Shown here piece after piece: positions 51,165 to 64,000 of a stretch of DNA of 64,000 nt. Position 1 is the stretch's first letter, and every line of letters starts with the position of its first letter. Below the pieces are notes generated by a model. It had not been told where the DNA came from. It worked only from the letters and a program-made list of their open reading frames with translations, and did not search any database. The translations under genes and the position numbers were made by a program. Source of the stretch: Lepidodermella squamata (taxonomy: Eukaryota; Animalia; Gastrotricha); the NCBI GenBank assembly GCA_047495785.1, contig JBLDXI010000046.1:1612001-1676000 (forward strand), written 5' to 3'.

Positions 51165-54100
51165 CACTTTAACTGCCCAAATAAGGGGTCCGAGCTCCAG
51201 GATTTAGATCCAAATATTAGATCCAGATTTTGGATCCAGATTCCAGCTCTAAGGATTAGATCTAAATATCAGATCCCGATTCTGGATCCAGAAGCTGGCT
51301 CTGAGAACTGGCTCTGGTTTCTGGATCTTGCTCTATTTCACCTTTTTTCGATTGGTATTCAAGCCCAAATTCATCAACAAGTGATGGCACTGAGTTTAAT
51401 TGCTTAGCTATATGAAGTTCTCAAATTAATTATGCGTTCATGTGGCGAACGAAACATAAGTCTTAGTTCTGTCATAATCATTCAAATTCTATTGCACAAT
51501 AGAGCTAGAAATTTTTCAAAAAATAGAAAGCAGAAGCAGTTCATCAGATAACCAATCGGGCTATCGAACAGTGTCTCAGGTGTCCCCGGGCAATTTTTGC
51601 TCTATTTTTACGGATTTCCTTGCCTCATCGTCTGATCATACTCCGTATGGTACGAGACGTAAGTTATTGATTACTTTTGATGTTCCTGAAAGTTTCGACC
51701 GGTCGCTAAATTATCTTGGATGTCGCAGTAAAGAAAGATAGGTACAAATACTTACTTTTGATGAATATTTAGTACTAATGATGGATTTTTGATGGATATC
51801 GATGGCGTCGTTGAATAACTCAGACTCAGGCTTGTTTACGTCATTTTGATGACAAGTAAAAATGACAAGTAAAAAGCGGTGTTTTTTTACGTGAATGAAG
51901 AGGCAAAAAATGACTTTTTACTGGCAACATTTTACCTTGAAACTGACGTAAACAAGCCTATATCCGAGTTACTCAACGACGCTAACGATATCCCCTGTTT
52001 AACCGTGGGCAGTAAGCATGCGCTCGCGCATGCGTTATACTTTAACGAGCATCGAGAACTGTTTGAATCTACCGGTTTTTTCACTAGTAGGACACTTTAT
52101 GTTTAAAACAACTCGGTTTTTTTGGGGGATCCTGCCAACATTTTAATATCCCTGGAGCTTTAATATCCCATTATAGCAGATAGCAGCACTTTGTGAGCAA
52201 ACTAATGAAATGTATCATCACAGCTATTTACTAAATAATTCGCTCAAATTATAATTTGCAAATTATGGCTCGGAAATTACTGTCAATGAGCGTAATTCAT
52301 TCGTCAAAACTTCAAATTTTAGGATTAAAGGTGATCAATTATTTCAAATTATAGCCATTAGCCATAACTCACTTCTACTACGAATCCTTGAATATTATAT
52401 TTGGCGAAAACTTCAAAAGAGGTTTTTATATCACCCGACTCATCTCATTGGGAGAATTCGTTCGTCAAATTCGAGCCGAAATTCAATTCAATTGTACACA
52501 AAATATTTAGTAAATTGCTGTAAATCGAATGATTGCCCCACGACTTGAGTGTCACGGTATAATTGACGTGATTTCCATTTTTCATTTGAGCCCATTCGAA
52601 ATGGACCAGAGACGCCTTCTCAGTCATGAGAATTCCGCTGTAATGCTAATCAAGCTATTATGTACCTTAAAGTAGGTGAAGTAAGAGTTTGAATCCATGT
52701 TGGAATTTGAAATGCTTGTATATTAAGTGAAATAACAACTGTATTGCCCCTAGTAAGTCCAAGCGCTAATTTGAACTGTGGAAAGAGAGGCAGTCCGTAT
52801 ATGATCCTTTCAACCGTCTTCCAACTCTCGTCATGTATAAAATCTTATTATAAAGCTATTCAAGTTACAAATCATCAATTAGTAAAACTTAATTATTCTC
52901 TTAGTCCTAGTAGAATTAAACCGCGGCTTAGAAGCTCATTGTAGGACTTTCGCAATCGCAGAGGTCAGACCCTCAGCGATGAATAACTTGGCTAGCACGA
53001 ACCAACAAACCAACAACCCTCTTCTCCCACGTAGAGAATCGTGATGCCACTTGGATCGCTCCTCTGCAAGATCCTTGTGTTAACTTCAAGTCAAAGTATC
53101 TTATTTTACACGAATAATTTCATCTGAAATTCAGTACTGGGAATCGATTCACCTGAATAGTGAATATAGTCTATAGAGGTATAGTGAATAGGTATTATAT
53201 AATTATATAATTATACTGCCAACACTGCATGTTTTATGTGAAGTTAAAAAGTCCGAAGTCTAAAATCATCGAAAAGTGGGCCTCTTCTATTCCTATTGGA
53301 ACGAGCATATAAACCAGAATGTCGAAAATCATCATTTCATTTCAAGCTGAAAATACATTTTTCCAAAAAAAATCAAGTCAGCGATTGCTATCCTTAGTGC
53401 AACCGCTGAATCCACACTATTGGGTGGACTAAAAAATTGTTGAAGCCCGCGATTGAGTAGATTTTCCAGCATCTCAGTTTGAAAAGAAAGAAAATTCTGA
53501 ATTTCCCGCGGATTCGATTCGAGCTGGCCAAGCATCGTTTTTTCGAAGATTTATCCACTTTTGAAGAAATAAAATGCTAAGATGTTGGACAATCTACCCA
53601 TCCGCGTGCTTCAGCAATCTTTGGTGCTTTTTTTGTCTGGGTTCGATCGGTTTCGGTAGACGGTATATGTATACCTGGGGATACGAACTAATTTCACTTC
53701 TGTTTGAATTGAGGTATTTGGCTAAGCTCGATTCTTTATCAGTCTAATACGGGGCGATTCCAGCCCTTCTGATTTTCGGAAGAAATTAGGCATTTGTCGG
53801 AAAGAATACTCCATGTCATATTGAATAAAATTAGGCGTCCATAATAATTGGCATAGGTATGCTCTGTCTTTCTGTTCTCGCCCTACTGACCTACTTACCA
53901 TGGTTCATTGTTCAAGCTGTCGAGTGAACCTTTCGTGTGAGGTGGGATACTGATAACCCCTAAGCTTCTAATCCATCACAATTGATTAATAAGACTATTA
54001 TATCGGGTTACAAACGGCTAAAAGTTATGTCACAGATACGCTCATATTGAAACAAACATCTCTTCTGACTAATTTACGCATATTTTCATATAGTCCACCC

Positions 54101-54532
54101 TTAAAAGCAAGACCCTTGTCACTTAAAGTGTCTTCAGTACACTTTTACCGTGATTTGTATTACAGCTTATAGACTAAATAAATGTTGAGCTAAAAAGTGT
54201 AATAATTCGGGCTATCTCTGGCTATATAGAGAGCAAATAAACTAGTTTCTTCCTCTCCTGTCGACGGCCTGGTGTCAAAGTGTCACTCGGGGCTTGTTGG
54301 TAATCCTCATTTTCCTACAAGGATATAGAGCCGCATTGAAAATGCGTTAAAATACAGTGAAAATAACAACAGCTCCAAAAAGTGGATCTAATTCTTGGAT
54401 CCAAAATCTGGATCCAGAATCTGGGTCTGAATTTTAGATCCAATTCTTAGAGCCAGAATCTGGGTCTAAAATCTGGATCCAATATTTGGATCTAAATGTC
54501 GTTTTTTGACCCTTATTTGGGCAGTTAAAGTG
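51165..54532. mobile_element. Non-autonomous piggyBac-type element (3368 bp)
   Basis: TTAA TSD at 51161-51164 and 54533-54536; TIR CACTTTAACTGCCCAAATAAGGG plus ~100-bp inverted subterminal (G)GATCCAGA repeats. The empty site is visible in the paralog at ~63500 (CCTAATTTCTTAACTGGCAC). No transposase ORF. Confidence 0.92.
51828..51959. mobile_element. Small MITE nested in the piggyBac element (related relic at ~44089-44208)
   Basis: AGGCTTGTTTACGTCA...TGACGTAAACAAGCCT inverted ends. Confidence 0.55.
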
Positions 54533-56478
54533 TTAACTGGCACCACCCTTGTAATGGGTATCCTTGCCGATTCCCAGAGTGACTCTCAGACAATTGATAT
54601 AATTGATGCAAGGGTCTATCGAATAGGTGCGTTGCATAATCGCGGCTATTGCACAGATGCTATATTATATATATTTCGTGCATGCTTTAGGAACCTGCTA
54701 TCCTGAGTGCAATCGAGGCTACTGCATAGCTAGAAATACATGCCAGTGTATTGCTGGATGGACGGGACCGAAATGCATGAATCGTAAGTTGCCAGAAAAA
54801 ATAGCTTATGTTTTAGAAGCAACCTTGCAAATTGGCAAGAATGACGCTGTTTCAGAAAATTCATTTGCCAATTTCATATGGCTCTTTTCTGTTTTAGAAA
54901 TATGTGGCTCAAAAATCTGCTCCACAAATGGCTGGTGCAGTGGGCCAAACACTTGCTCGTGCTTTGATAAATGGAAAACGGGGCCCGACTGCTTACAGCG
55001 TAAAAGCAAATCTGGAAGATTGTAGTACCATAAGTTGATAATATTTCTTTTATCATCAGCTATTTGCGACTGCGCTGTTGTGAAGCGATGTGCGGTCATG
55101 ATGTGCGACTGCCCAGACGGCAGACAGCGATACGATTGCAACGATCCAGACGAGTAATTGCGATGGTCTATTGCAGTCGATAACGCGTCAAAACAGCAAA
55201 AAATGACTATGTAAAATGTAAAAGATGCATTTTGTTGCGCTATTGCGCAGTTTTAGCGCCGTGTCATTTCGGTATTCTCGGCACTATCCAGCTTATTTCG
55301 TGCCGGTCTGGGCGGTCTCCTAGACTTGTCCTCCTTCGAAACGAGCTCTGCTTGTCAGGTCACCACATTGACTTGCCTGGCAGGGTGTGTACACCGGGGG
55401 TGATTTTCATTCCTCAGCACATCTGCTTCTGTTGTTCCTTCCCTTGTTTGTTTTTACGTTCATAAGTCTGACGAATAAAAAAAATGTTACATTATGAATG
55501 TTATATACCTATATACCGTATATACCGATTTTGAAGGCTCTGCCGTGTAAATCAAACTCATCAATCAAACTGCAACCCCTGCCTTATAAACGAGACCTGC
55601 CCTTCATTTCGGCACTGCCCTATACTTATTGAAGAGAACCTCGAGCAGTTTTACACAACCGTTTTCAAGGCAAAAGCAATAGAAATCGCCCTCTTTCACC
55701 TCTTATTAAGCTTTGGTAAGATTGTGATGAGAGTATTAAGTGCATTAAACTGGACGATTCACACGAGTTTTAACCCTTGAGAAGCTGCGGGGTACCACTT
55801 GAGACAAGCATGAGTTTCGAGTGTGAAAATTATCTCTTTGAACGAATTTAATGCTGAAAGAAGAAAAGTGATCTCGCTTCGCTAAGACGAAAACCATTCC
55901 GTGATGCTCGCTGCGATCGCGTTTCACGGCTAGGCAGGGTTTTCGCACCTTTACTGTGAAAAATCAAAGATCCCCTTAAATAAGCGTTTTCTTATTATGC
56001 TTATGATGTTTGCTTCGCCGCAAGTTCGAATCCATTCGTTTTTACAGGAAAATCATTATGACTAATTTAACAGCTAGCTTCACCTCTGGCTGCGAAATTT
56101 GATTTCGCGATCACACACCACAGCTGGAATGAACCTGATGAACGCCAGTTTATCATCTGATCAATGCCTAATTTGTCTCATCTCTTACGAATTTTTTTGC
56201 GGCTATAGCAACCATCCCGTTCTTCTTTCAGTATTGCTGATCATTTTTCATAGCAGCGCATTAAAGTCTATGCTGACACCTAGCCGTCGAATATGTGTAC
56301 AATAAGTAATTTATCAGGCAGAAATGTGCTGGTTCGATGAATCAATACAGATCAAACATGGTGAGAAAATCGTGAAATGCTAAAATTGATACCGGCAACC
56401 AGGATTAATAAGTGGAACGTGAAGATTCTGAAATCATGCGAACTTTCTGTGCATGCATTTTGATGCTGTTCAAAATAG

Positions 56479-59400
56479 ATGTGATACGTGTTCAGGATTA
56501 CGGTTCTCAATTTGCCTCCGATCAGCTGAATTTGACGAGCATTCATGGTTATTGGCCGCTCAATTCGCTGTTCGGATTATCAGACATTTCGGGTAATGGA
56601 TTAAATGGCACCTCATCTCCGACGCCATCTCCGGTGACTCAAGGACCCTTTGGGCAGCCAGGTTCGGCGATTGAAACACACGCCAACAACGCGGGCAACT
56701 ACATAAACATAACTTCACAGTGGTTAAACGTTAGCACTTCCTCGGTCACCATTGCCGCGTTTGTCTACGTTCCGCAGCGAGGAATAATCTTCGAATTCCA
56801 GGATGCGACGGCTGCATATGCCCGTTTGTGGAGACTTGCAGCCGACACGTCCATTATGCAGCCCAGTGTGATCCACGCTGCCCCTTCGCAACTCCCAGAC
56901 GTAAGTATAAATCAAACTTGTGACATGTCTGGTTGGCGCTTCGTCGCGCTAGTATTCGACGCCAGTACTTCGAGGATGACCACAGTCTGCCACGATCAAA
57001 TAAGTTCGCCGGTTAATACCTCGACCTTTGTCACTTTCAAGACCCTTGTCCTTGGAATGAGGTCAGTTTATCAGGTTATTTCATCCCTGTCATTTGTGAT
57101 GCTGTGCAATTTCAGGAATATTCCGAATGACCCCTTTTCTGGACCTTACAACAACAAATACGCTTGCCTCTCAATGCATAAAGCTGCGCTCAGCGCCGCA
57201 CAGCTGTCGCTTCTCCGCGATCAATGCCAAATGATCAATCGTAACTCGATCCTTTTTTCACGAAACTTATTACAAGATATTATCCATAGAAATAAATTGT
57301 TCCGCTAATTGCCAACCGGGTACGTGCTTTGGGGACATGGCAACGCCAAGAGGTTACCGCTGCATTTGTCAAAATGGTTGGAAGAATGTGGATTGCAGCA
57401 TCCGTATGTTCCTATTCGTTCTAGCACTAGCAAATAGTGATACCCCATTTTTCGATCAGCTGCTTGCGATCCCGACTGCGGTGTTGGCGGTCGCTGTTCA
57501 GCACCTAATACATGCACCTGTTTTATTGGTTTTAGTGGTGCTCTCTGCAATACACGTAAGAAAGTTTGAAAAAATGAACTGTTAGTCGGAGAATTTGATT
57601 TGAGTTACGGCGTAAATCATGGGCCTTCTTCACTCAATCAAAATCAATCGTTGTCCCAGTTTCAAAGAACAAATGAAATCATCGAAATAGCATAAATCGT
57701 GGCAAATATAGCTTTTCATGAGTCTGAAGGCTCTGGAAATTCTAATAATGGATGAAAAAATAGCACACACTCCTAACTATTGATTTATTGGTTCTCTCAA
57801 AATTCCAAATCGAAATTCCACAGAAACCCGCTTTTTTATTGCAGAAATACCTGGCCGTGAAAATGTCAATCAATTCATTGCAAACCTTGCTAGCTTTCCG
57901 GGTCTCCTCGGATATTGGCCATTGAATGCTCTGTTTCAAAACCGAGACCTCTCTGGAAATGGGTATGACGCAGCTTTCCAGCCAACACCTTGCCCAGCTG
58001 CTGTCGGACCGTTCGGACAAGCAGACACTTCGATAGAGACTGGAACCGCCGGAAATTTCATAAACATTACAGCTTCAGCTCTTAATACCACCTCGTCTTC
58101 TTTAACGATTACGGTCTTCGCTAATTTGCCCGTACAAGGTGTGGTTTTTGAGTACGCAGATGGAACGAGCGGGCTTGCGTCAATGTGGCGTTCTCCATCA
58201 GCAAATAACTTGAAAACTGTTTGCTGGACTAATGGACCTTTCAGGACTGAATTGAGAGCTAATCTGAGCGGGTGGCGATTCTACGCCATGATTTATAACG
58301 CTAGTAGCTCGCAATTGACGTCCATTTCTGATGACCAATACAGTGTTACCAAGAGGGCAACAAGTGTTGCTACTCACCGCACGCTATTGATTGGAGCTAG
58401 GCAAGTTTGAGTTTTGGAATTACTATAAGCCTTTCGGATAATCATGTCAAACGATGCAAACAGTCTTCGACTTTAACCATTAGTTTGATCCACTTGCGCA
58501 ATATTACTTACTCGTTTATTTTACAGAGTAATTACATCGAGCAGTGAAATATATAACAACAAATACGCCTGTTTGTCGATTCACAAAGCAGCCCTCAGTC
58601 CAGGTCAAATTGCAAGTCTCAAGGACCAGTGCAAACTTATTAACCGTAAAAATGTTGCGCATATTATAAATACTAATCCTTGATATTTTATTCTCGGCAG
58701 AGATAACCTGTCCGAGCAACTGTCAGGCTGGTACATGCGTTGGAGATTTGAATAGCGCGGGCGGATTTCGGTGCACCTGTCGTACCGGCTGGAGTGGCTG
58801 GAACTGCAATACTCGTATACCTTTTCAAATCTCATCACTGCTAAACTTCGAAATAACCCTACCCGCCCAGCTGACTTCAGCCATCTTTTCGAGCACCCTA
58901 ATTATTTATCAGATGATCACCATTGGATTTCACATTGTATGAAATTCCCTAGCATCCCCCCTCATTTACCGCGGACAACATTAAGTTTAAATCTGGCTTC
59001 AAAGCTCAGTATTCAGCTTTTCCAGTTTTTTCCGTGCGAAAGTTTTAAAGCACAAAAATGGCCCACTTCGCCTGCGCTAGTCAGCGTGATTTCGCGATTT
59101 CCACCGATTTCAATCACTTTCAATGGCGTCGTCGTTTTTCATCCAAAATTTCGAAACTGTATTATTGTCCCAGTGGACTCGGAACATTTCTTAGAAACAA
59201 GCCAGGATTCTGAACGTTGACTATGCTATCCTCCAGCGTACAAAAAACGCCAACCGGCGACAGCTGACGTACTTTCTTGTATTTAAGGACAAACCATAGA
59301 CATAATATCAATATAGACTGTCTACTCACGAGAAAAGGGGTGTAACGCCATGGGCGCCATATGGTCTGCTGATTCATCAATTTCTTGGAGGCCTGATATT

Positions 59401-62400
59401 ATGTCTATAGGACAAACACGTCTGGAGGGGAGGGGGGCTTGTGCGTTTATCGCGACAATTATTGATGCGTCCAACTCGTCTATCGAACGTTTTTGTATGT
59501 GTTTATCAGCAAGTTTCGAGTCCATCTCTAATAGTCCCAAGGCTCTAATTCCGACTAGCTCTATTTGAAACTGAGCATCATATTTGTCTATCGAACAGCC
59601 GCTTGCCAGCCAAACTGTTCGCCGAGAACTGGAGTATGCCCCGGCCCTGGTCAGCGCTGCACCTGCCTTGCAAGATTCACAGGCGACAATTGCTCTCAAA
59701 GTATTGCCTCATGCTGTTATAAATCATTACCTTTTTTCAATATAACGTTTTTTTACAGCTATCGGCAAGCCCCTAAGTGATCCGAATTCGTATCTACCCG
59801 AGTATTCGTATAGTAATGACGACGCTATAAGTTGGTTCATTTTCATTTTATGAGCTTAGATATAATGTAGAATGGTTTTTCTCAGGTTCTCATTGGTGGA
59901 TCAGGCAGAATATTAGCTCGAAGTATAATGCAATCCGATTATTGGTTGATGGTGGCCCTAGACATAGTTGTATGATCACCAAGAGAGTAACATTTGTTGT
60001 TTCTTCCTGATTTCTCATCAGTCAACATTTCTTACATAGTTGTGGAACCTGACCGACTTCACGATCAATATCACCGCTGAAACTAGCGGGATGGATACCG
60101 CTGGGCAGCTTTGGCTTGCAATTATGCCAAACGGGTCATACACCTACGCGACTGGTGGGGGTTCTGGGTGGTACTGGGGCGGCAATTTCGCCGGTGTTAT
60201 ATTCCGCTATTTACAAACGAACAGGACAATTGAGTTCATGACATCGCCCACTTCTACGCCTTTCGTCACTGGCCCGAGATTATCGGTGATTGATGCTAAC
60301 AATGTCTATTACAATGGACGATTTCACCTAGGCTTAGTTGTCCGCAATGGCGGGCAGGTCTCCGTCGACCACTGCAACACAACAGTCTGTGAGCGATTGA
60401 TCGACGGCGTTGCCTTGCCTAATTTCCTAATTGGCACCACCCTTGTGATGGGTATCTTCGCCGATTCCGAGGATGATGCCCAGACAGTTGATATAATTGA
60501 TGTAAGAGTCCATCGACTAGGTTTGTATTTAATGTTATCGGCTATTTAATGCATTGCTATATTTCGCTCGTGCCATAGAAACCTGCAATCCTGCGTGCGT
60601 TCGAGGCTACTGCGCGGCATCAACATGTCAATGCCCTGTTGGCTGGACGTCCTCCGACTGCAGTTTGCGTAAGATTAGATTCTGGATGCAACTTGCAGGA
60701 AACAGAACATAGCTTACTTGACATAACATGTTATCTATCCGTCTGCACTTCATTGGAATTGTCATAAATTGAAGAAACAGTATGGGGCAAAATAGTTGAG
60801 GCAGGAAGATAAGTTTCCAAGTCGTTTGCCAAGCCATTCGCTTGTGAGGGATAATGAATAATATCAGAGAAATGAATTAGCAAATACTCGTGCGATGTCT
60901 CGTGTGCCGTCGTATACCAGCTGAGGTGAAAGAAGGGAAACGCCCGTGGTTAATGTAAGTCGAGAATGCCCGAGTGAGCTTCATCAACCGGACGGACTCG
61001 ACTCGATGACTCAGCAAGTATGACCGCCATACTCGGGCTCGACTCGAGACCTGAAAACATACTCACAGTACTCCAATTAACTATAATAGAGAAATCAGAC
61101 TATAGTTTAAACTGAGCATCATATTTGTCTATCGAACAGCCGCTTGCCAGCCAAACTGTTCGCCGAGAACTGGAGTATGCCCCGGCCCTGGTCAGCGCTG
61201 CACCTGCCTTGCAAGATTCACAGGCGACAATTGCTCTCAAAGTATTGCCTCATGCTGTTATAAATCATTACCTTTTTTCAATATAACGTTTTTTTACAGC
61301 TATCGGCAAGCCCCTAAGTGATCCGAATTCGTATCTACCCGAGTATTCGTATAGTAATGACGACGCTATAAGTTGGTTCATTTTCATTTTATGAGCTTAG
61401 ATATAATGTAGAATGGTTTTTCTCAGGTTCTCATTGGTGGATCAGGCAGAATATTAGCTCGAAGTATAATGCAATCCGATTATTGGTTGATGGTGGCCCT
61501 AGACATAGTTGTATGATCACCAAGAGAGTAACATTTGTTGTTTCTTCCTGATTTCTCATCAGTCAACATTTCTTACATAGTTGTGGAACCTGACCGACTT
61601 CACGATCAATATCACCGCTGAAACTAGCGGGATGGATACCGCTGGGCAGCTTTGGCTTGCAATTATGCCAAACGGGTCATACACCTACGCGACTGGTGGG
61701 GGTTCTGGGTGGTACTGGGGCGGCAATTTCGCCGGTGTTATATTCCGCTATTTACAAACGAACAGGACAATTGAGTTCATGACATCGCCCACTTCTACGC
61801 CTTTCGTCACTGGCCCGAGATTATCGGTGATTGATGCTAACAATGTCTATTACAATGGACGATTTCACCTAGGCTTAGTTGTCCGCAATGGCGGGCAGGT
61901 CTCCGTCGACCACTGCAACACAACAGTCTGTGAGCGATTGATCGACGGCGTTGCCTTGCCTAATTTCCTAATTGGCACCACCCTTGTGATGGGTATCTTC
62001 GCCGATTCCGAGGATGATGCCCAGACAGTTGATATAATTGATGTAAGAGTCCATCGACTAGGTTTGTATTTAATGTTATCGGCTATTTAATGCATTGCTA
62101 TATTTCGCTCGTGCCATAGAAACCTGCAATCCTGCGTGCGTTCGAGGCTACTGCGCGGCATCAACATGTCAATGCCCTGTTGGCTGGACGTCCTCCGACT
62201 GCAGTTTGCGTAAGATTAGATTCTGGATGCAACTTGCAGGAAACAGAACATAGCTTACTTGACATAACATGTTATCTATCCGTCTGCACTTCATTGGAAT
62301 TGTCATAAATTGAAGAAACAGTATGGGGCAAAATAGTTGAGGCAGGAAGATAAGTTTCCAAGTCGTTTGCCAAGCCATTCGCTTGTGAGGGATAATGAAT

Positions 62401-64000
62401 AATATCAGAGAAATGAATTAGCAAATACTCGTGCGATGTCTCGTGTGCCGTCGTATACCAGCTGAGGTGAAAGAAGGGAAACGCCCGTGGTTAATGTAAG
62501 TCGAGAATGCCCGAGTGAGCTTCATCAACCGGACGGACTCGACTCGATGACTCAGCAAGTATGACCGCCATACTCGGGCTCGACTCGAGACCTGAAAACA
62601 TACTCACAGTACTCCAATTAACTATAATAGAGAAATCAGACTATAGTTTAAACTGAGCATCATTTTTCTCTATCGAACAGCCGCTTGCCAGCCAAACTGT
62701 TCGCCGAGAACTGGAGTATGCCCCGGCCCTGGTCAGCGCTGCACCTGCCTTGCAAGATTCACAGGCGACAATTGCTCTCAAAGTATTGCCTCATGCTGTT
62801 ATAAATCATTACCTTTTTTCAATATAACGTTTTTTTACAGCTATCGGCAAGCCCCTAAGTGATCCGAATTCGTATCTACCCGAGTATTCGTATAGTAATG
62901 ACGACGCTATAAGTTGGTTCATTTTCATTTTATGAGCTTAGATATAATGTAGAATGGTTTTTCTCAGGTTCTCATTGGTGGATCAGGCAGAATATTAGCT
63001 CGAAGTATAATGCAATCCGATTATTGGTTGATGGTGGCCCTAGACATAGTTGTATGATCACCAAGAGAGTAACATTTGTTGTTTCTTCCTGATTTCTCAT
63101 CAGTCAACATTTCTTACATAGTTGTGGAACCTGACCGACTTCACGATCAATATCACCGCTGAAACTAGCGGGATGGATACCGCTGGGCAGGTGTCGCTCT
63201 TTATAACGACCAACGGCTCATACACCTACGCGACAGATGGAAGTACAGGCGCTTTCACGGGCGGCACTTTCACCGGTGCCATATTCCGCTACTTACAAAG
63301 CAACAAAACATTTATTTTTTGCTTCAACGCCTACTGCTACCAACCTCCCCAGCTCGCCTAAAATAACGTTGATTGATGCTAACAATGTCTACTACAAAGG
63401 GCGATTCAACCTGGGCTTAGTGGTCCGCTTTGGCGGGCAAGTCTCCGTCGACCACTGCAACACAACAGTCTGCGAGCGATTGATCGACGGCGTTGCTTTG
63501 CCTAATTTCTTAACTGGCACAACCCTTGTGATGGGTATCCTTGTTGATTCCGAGGGTGACTCCCAGACAGTTGACATAATTGATGCAAGGGTCTATCGAA
63601 TAGGTGAGTTACATAGTCGCGGCTATATTGCCCAGATGCTAATATATTTCGTGCATGCTACAGGAACCTGCTATCCTGAGTGCAACCGAGGCTACTGCAT
63701 AGCTAGAAATACATGCCAGTGTATTGCTGGATGGACGGGACCGAAATGCATGAATCGTAAGTTGCCAGGTCGTTGCCAGAAAAAATAGCAATGTTTTAGA
63801 AGCAGCCTTGCAAATTGGGAAGAATGACGCTTTTTCAGAAAAATTTCTCAATTTCTGCTTTAGAAATATGTGGCTCAAAAATCTGCTCCACAAATGGCTG
63901 GTGCAGTGGACCAAACACTTGTTCATGCTTTGATAAATGGAAAACGGGGCCCGACTGCCTACAACGTAAGGATTCTGAAGATTGTAGTATCATAAGTTGA
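56479..64000 (+). CDS. Large multi-exon extracellular protein (gene B; 5' end unresolved, 3'-partial): LamG-like-EGF-EGF-LamG-like-EGF-[EGF-L-lectin-like-EGF]x3-EGF...
   Basis: ConA/LamG-like domains GYWPLN...DISGNG...GPFGQ...SGWRF...NNKYACLS (56479-57240 and 57845-58645); phase-1 EGF exons; three lectin-like exons at 60040, 61581 and 63122; a +1 T frameshift at ~63315-63320. Confidence 0.75.
59568..63190 (+). repeat. 1541-bp near-perfect tandem repeat (~2.35 copies) of a 5-exon EGF-lectin-EGF module
   Basis: Identical ORFs at 60040 and 61581 and an ORF start at 63122 (spacing 1541); introns also appear identical by eye. Confidence 0.93.

Larger units (their letters stand above)
49371..55157 (+). 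pseudogene. Secreted EGF-EGF-L-lectin-like-EGF-EGF-EGF gene (gene A), coding exon interrupted by a piggyBac-type insertion
   Basis: Signal-peptide exon 49371-49446 (MFAKMETTLGVFFALAFATGLGSAQ); EGF exons CSPSCLNGGTC..., CQPNCSPRTGIC..., CYPECNRGYC..., CGSKICSTNGWC.... The lectin-like exon is split at PNFL|TGTT. The last exon 55060-55157 ends in TAA; whether it instead continues into gene B is uncertain. Confidence 0.65.

Noticed and set aside
56099-56359. Possible signal-peptide and small exons starting gene B
   Set aside because: A hydrophobic stretch and a phase-1 mini-exon are plausible, but no convincing start or donor could be fixed; left unresolved.
1-64000. tRNA, rRNA, snRNA or spliced-leader RNA genes; species assignment
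   Set aside because: None were recognised by eye (a covariance-model search is needed), and the sequence alone supports only an invertebrate animal.

Overview
Eukaryotic (invertebrate animal) genomic DNA with mostly short 50-60 bp introns, so the ORF track shows only exon fragments. Manual splicing gives these genes: the 3' part of a polycystin-1/PKD1L-like gene (+, <1-8535), an intronless Cys-loop ligand-gated channel and an intronless ankyrin-repeat gene (both -), a highly divergent 7-exon nuclear hormone receptor (-), FoxB (+), a 6-exon orphan class-A GPCR (+), a disrupted LRAT/PPPDE-like (permuted NlpC/P60) gene (-), and a large EGF / L-type-lectin-like / LamG-like locus (+, 49.4 kb to the window end) with a 1541-bp exon-module tandem amplification. 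DNA transposons are abundant. Two near-identical ~2.3-kb Mutator (MULE) elements encode a spliced protein with a hidden C2H2 zinc-finger exon that apparently lacks the first catalytic Asp. A 4.47-kb TIR element with a 4-bp TSD splits a LINE RT relic, a 3.4-kb TTAA piggyBac-type insertion sits inside a coding exon, and there is a 1-kb foldback plus many MITEs. The most notable observations are the Cys-less GPS with a furin-type RAKR site in the polycystin, the probably catalytically dead but ORF-intact and recently mobilised MULE, the minimal orphan pLGIC, and the shared lectin-EGF module between the polycystin and the 3' locus. No RNA genes or CRISPR arrays were recognised. All gene models are by-eye inferences without database searches.
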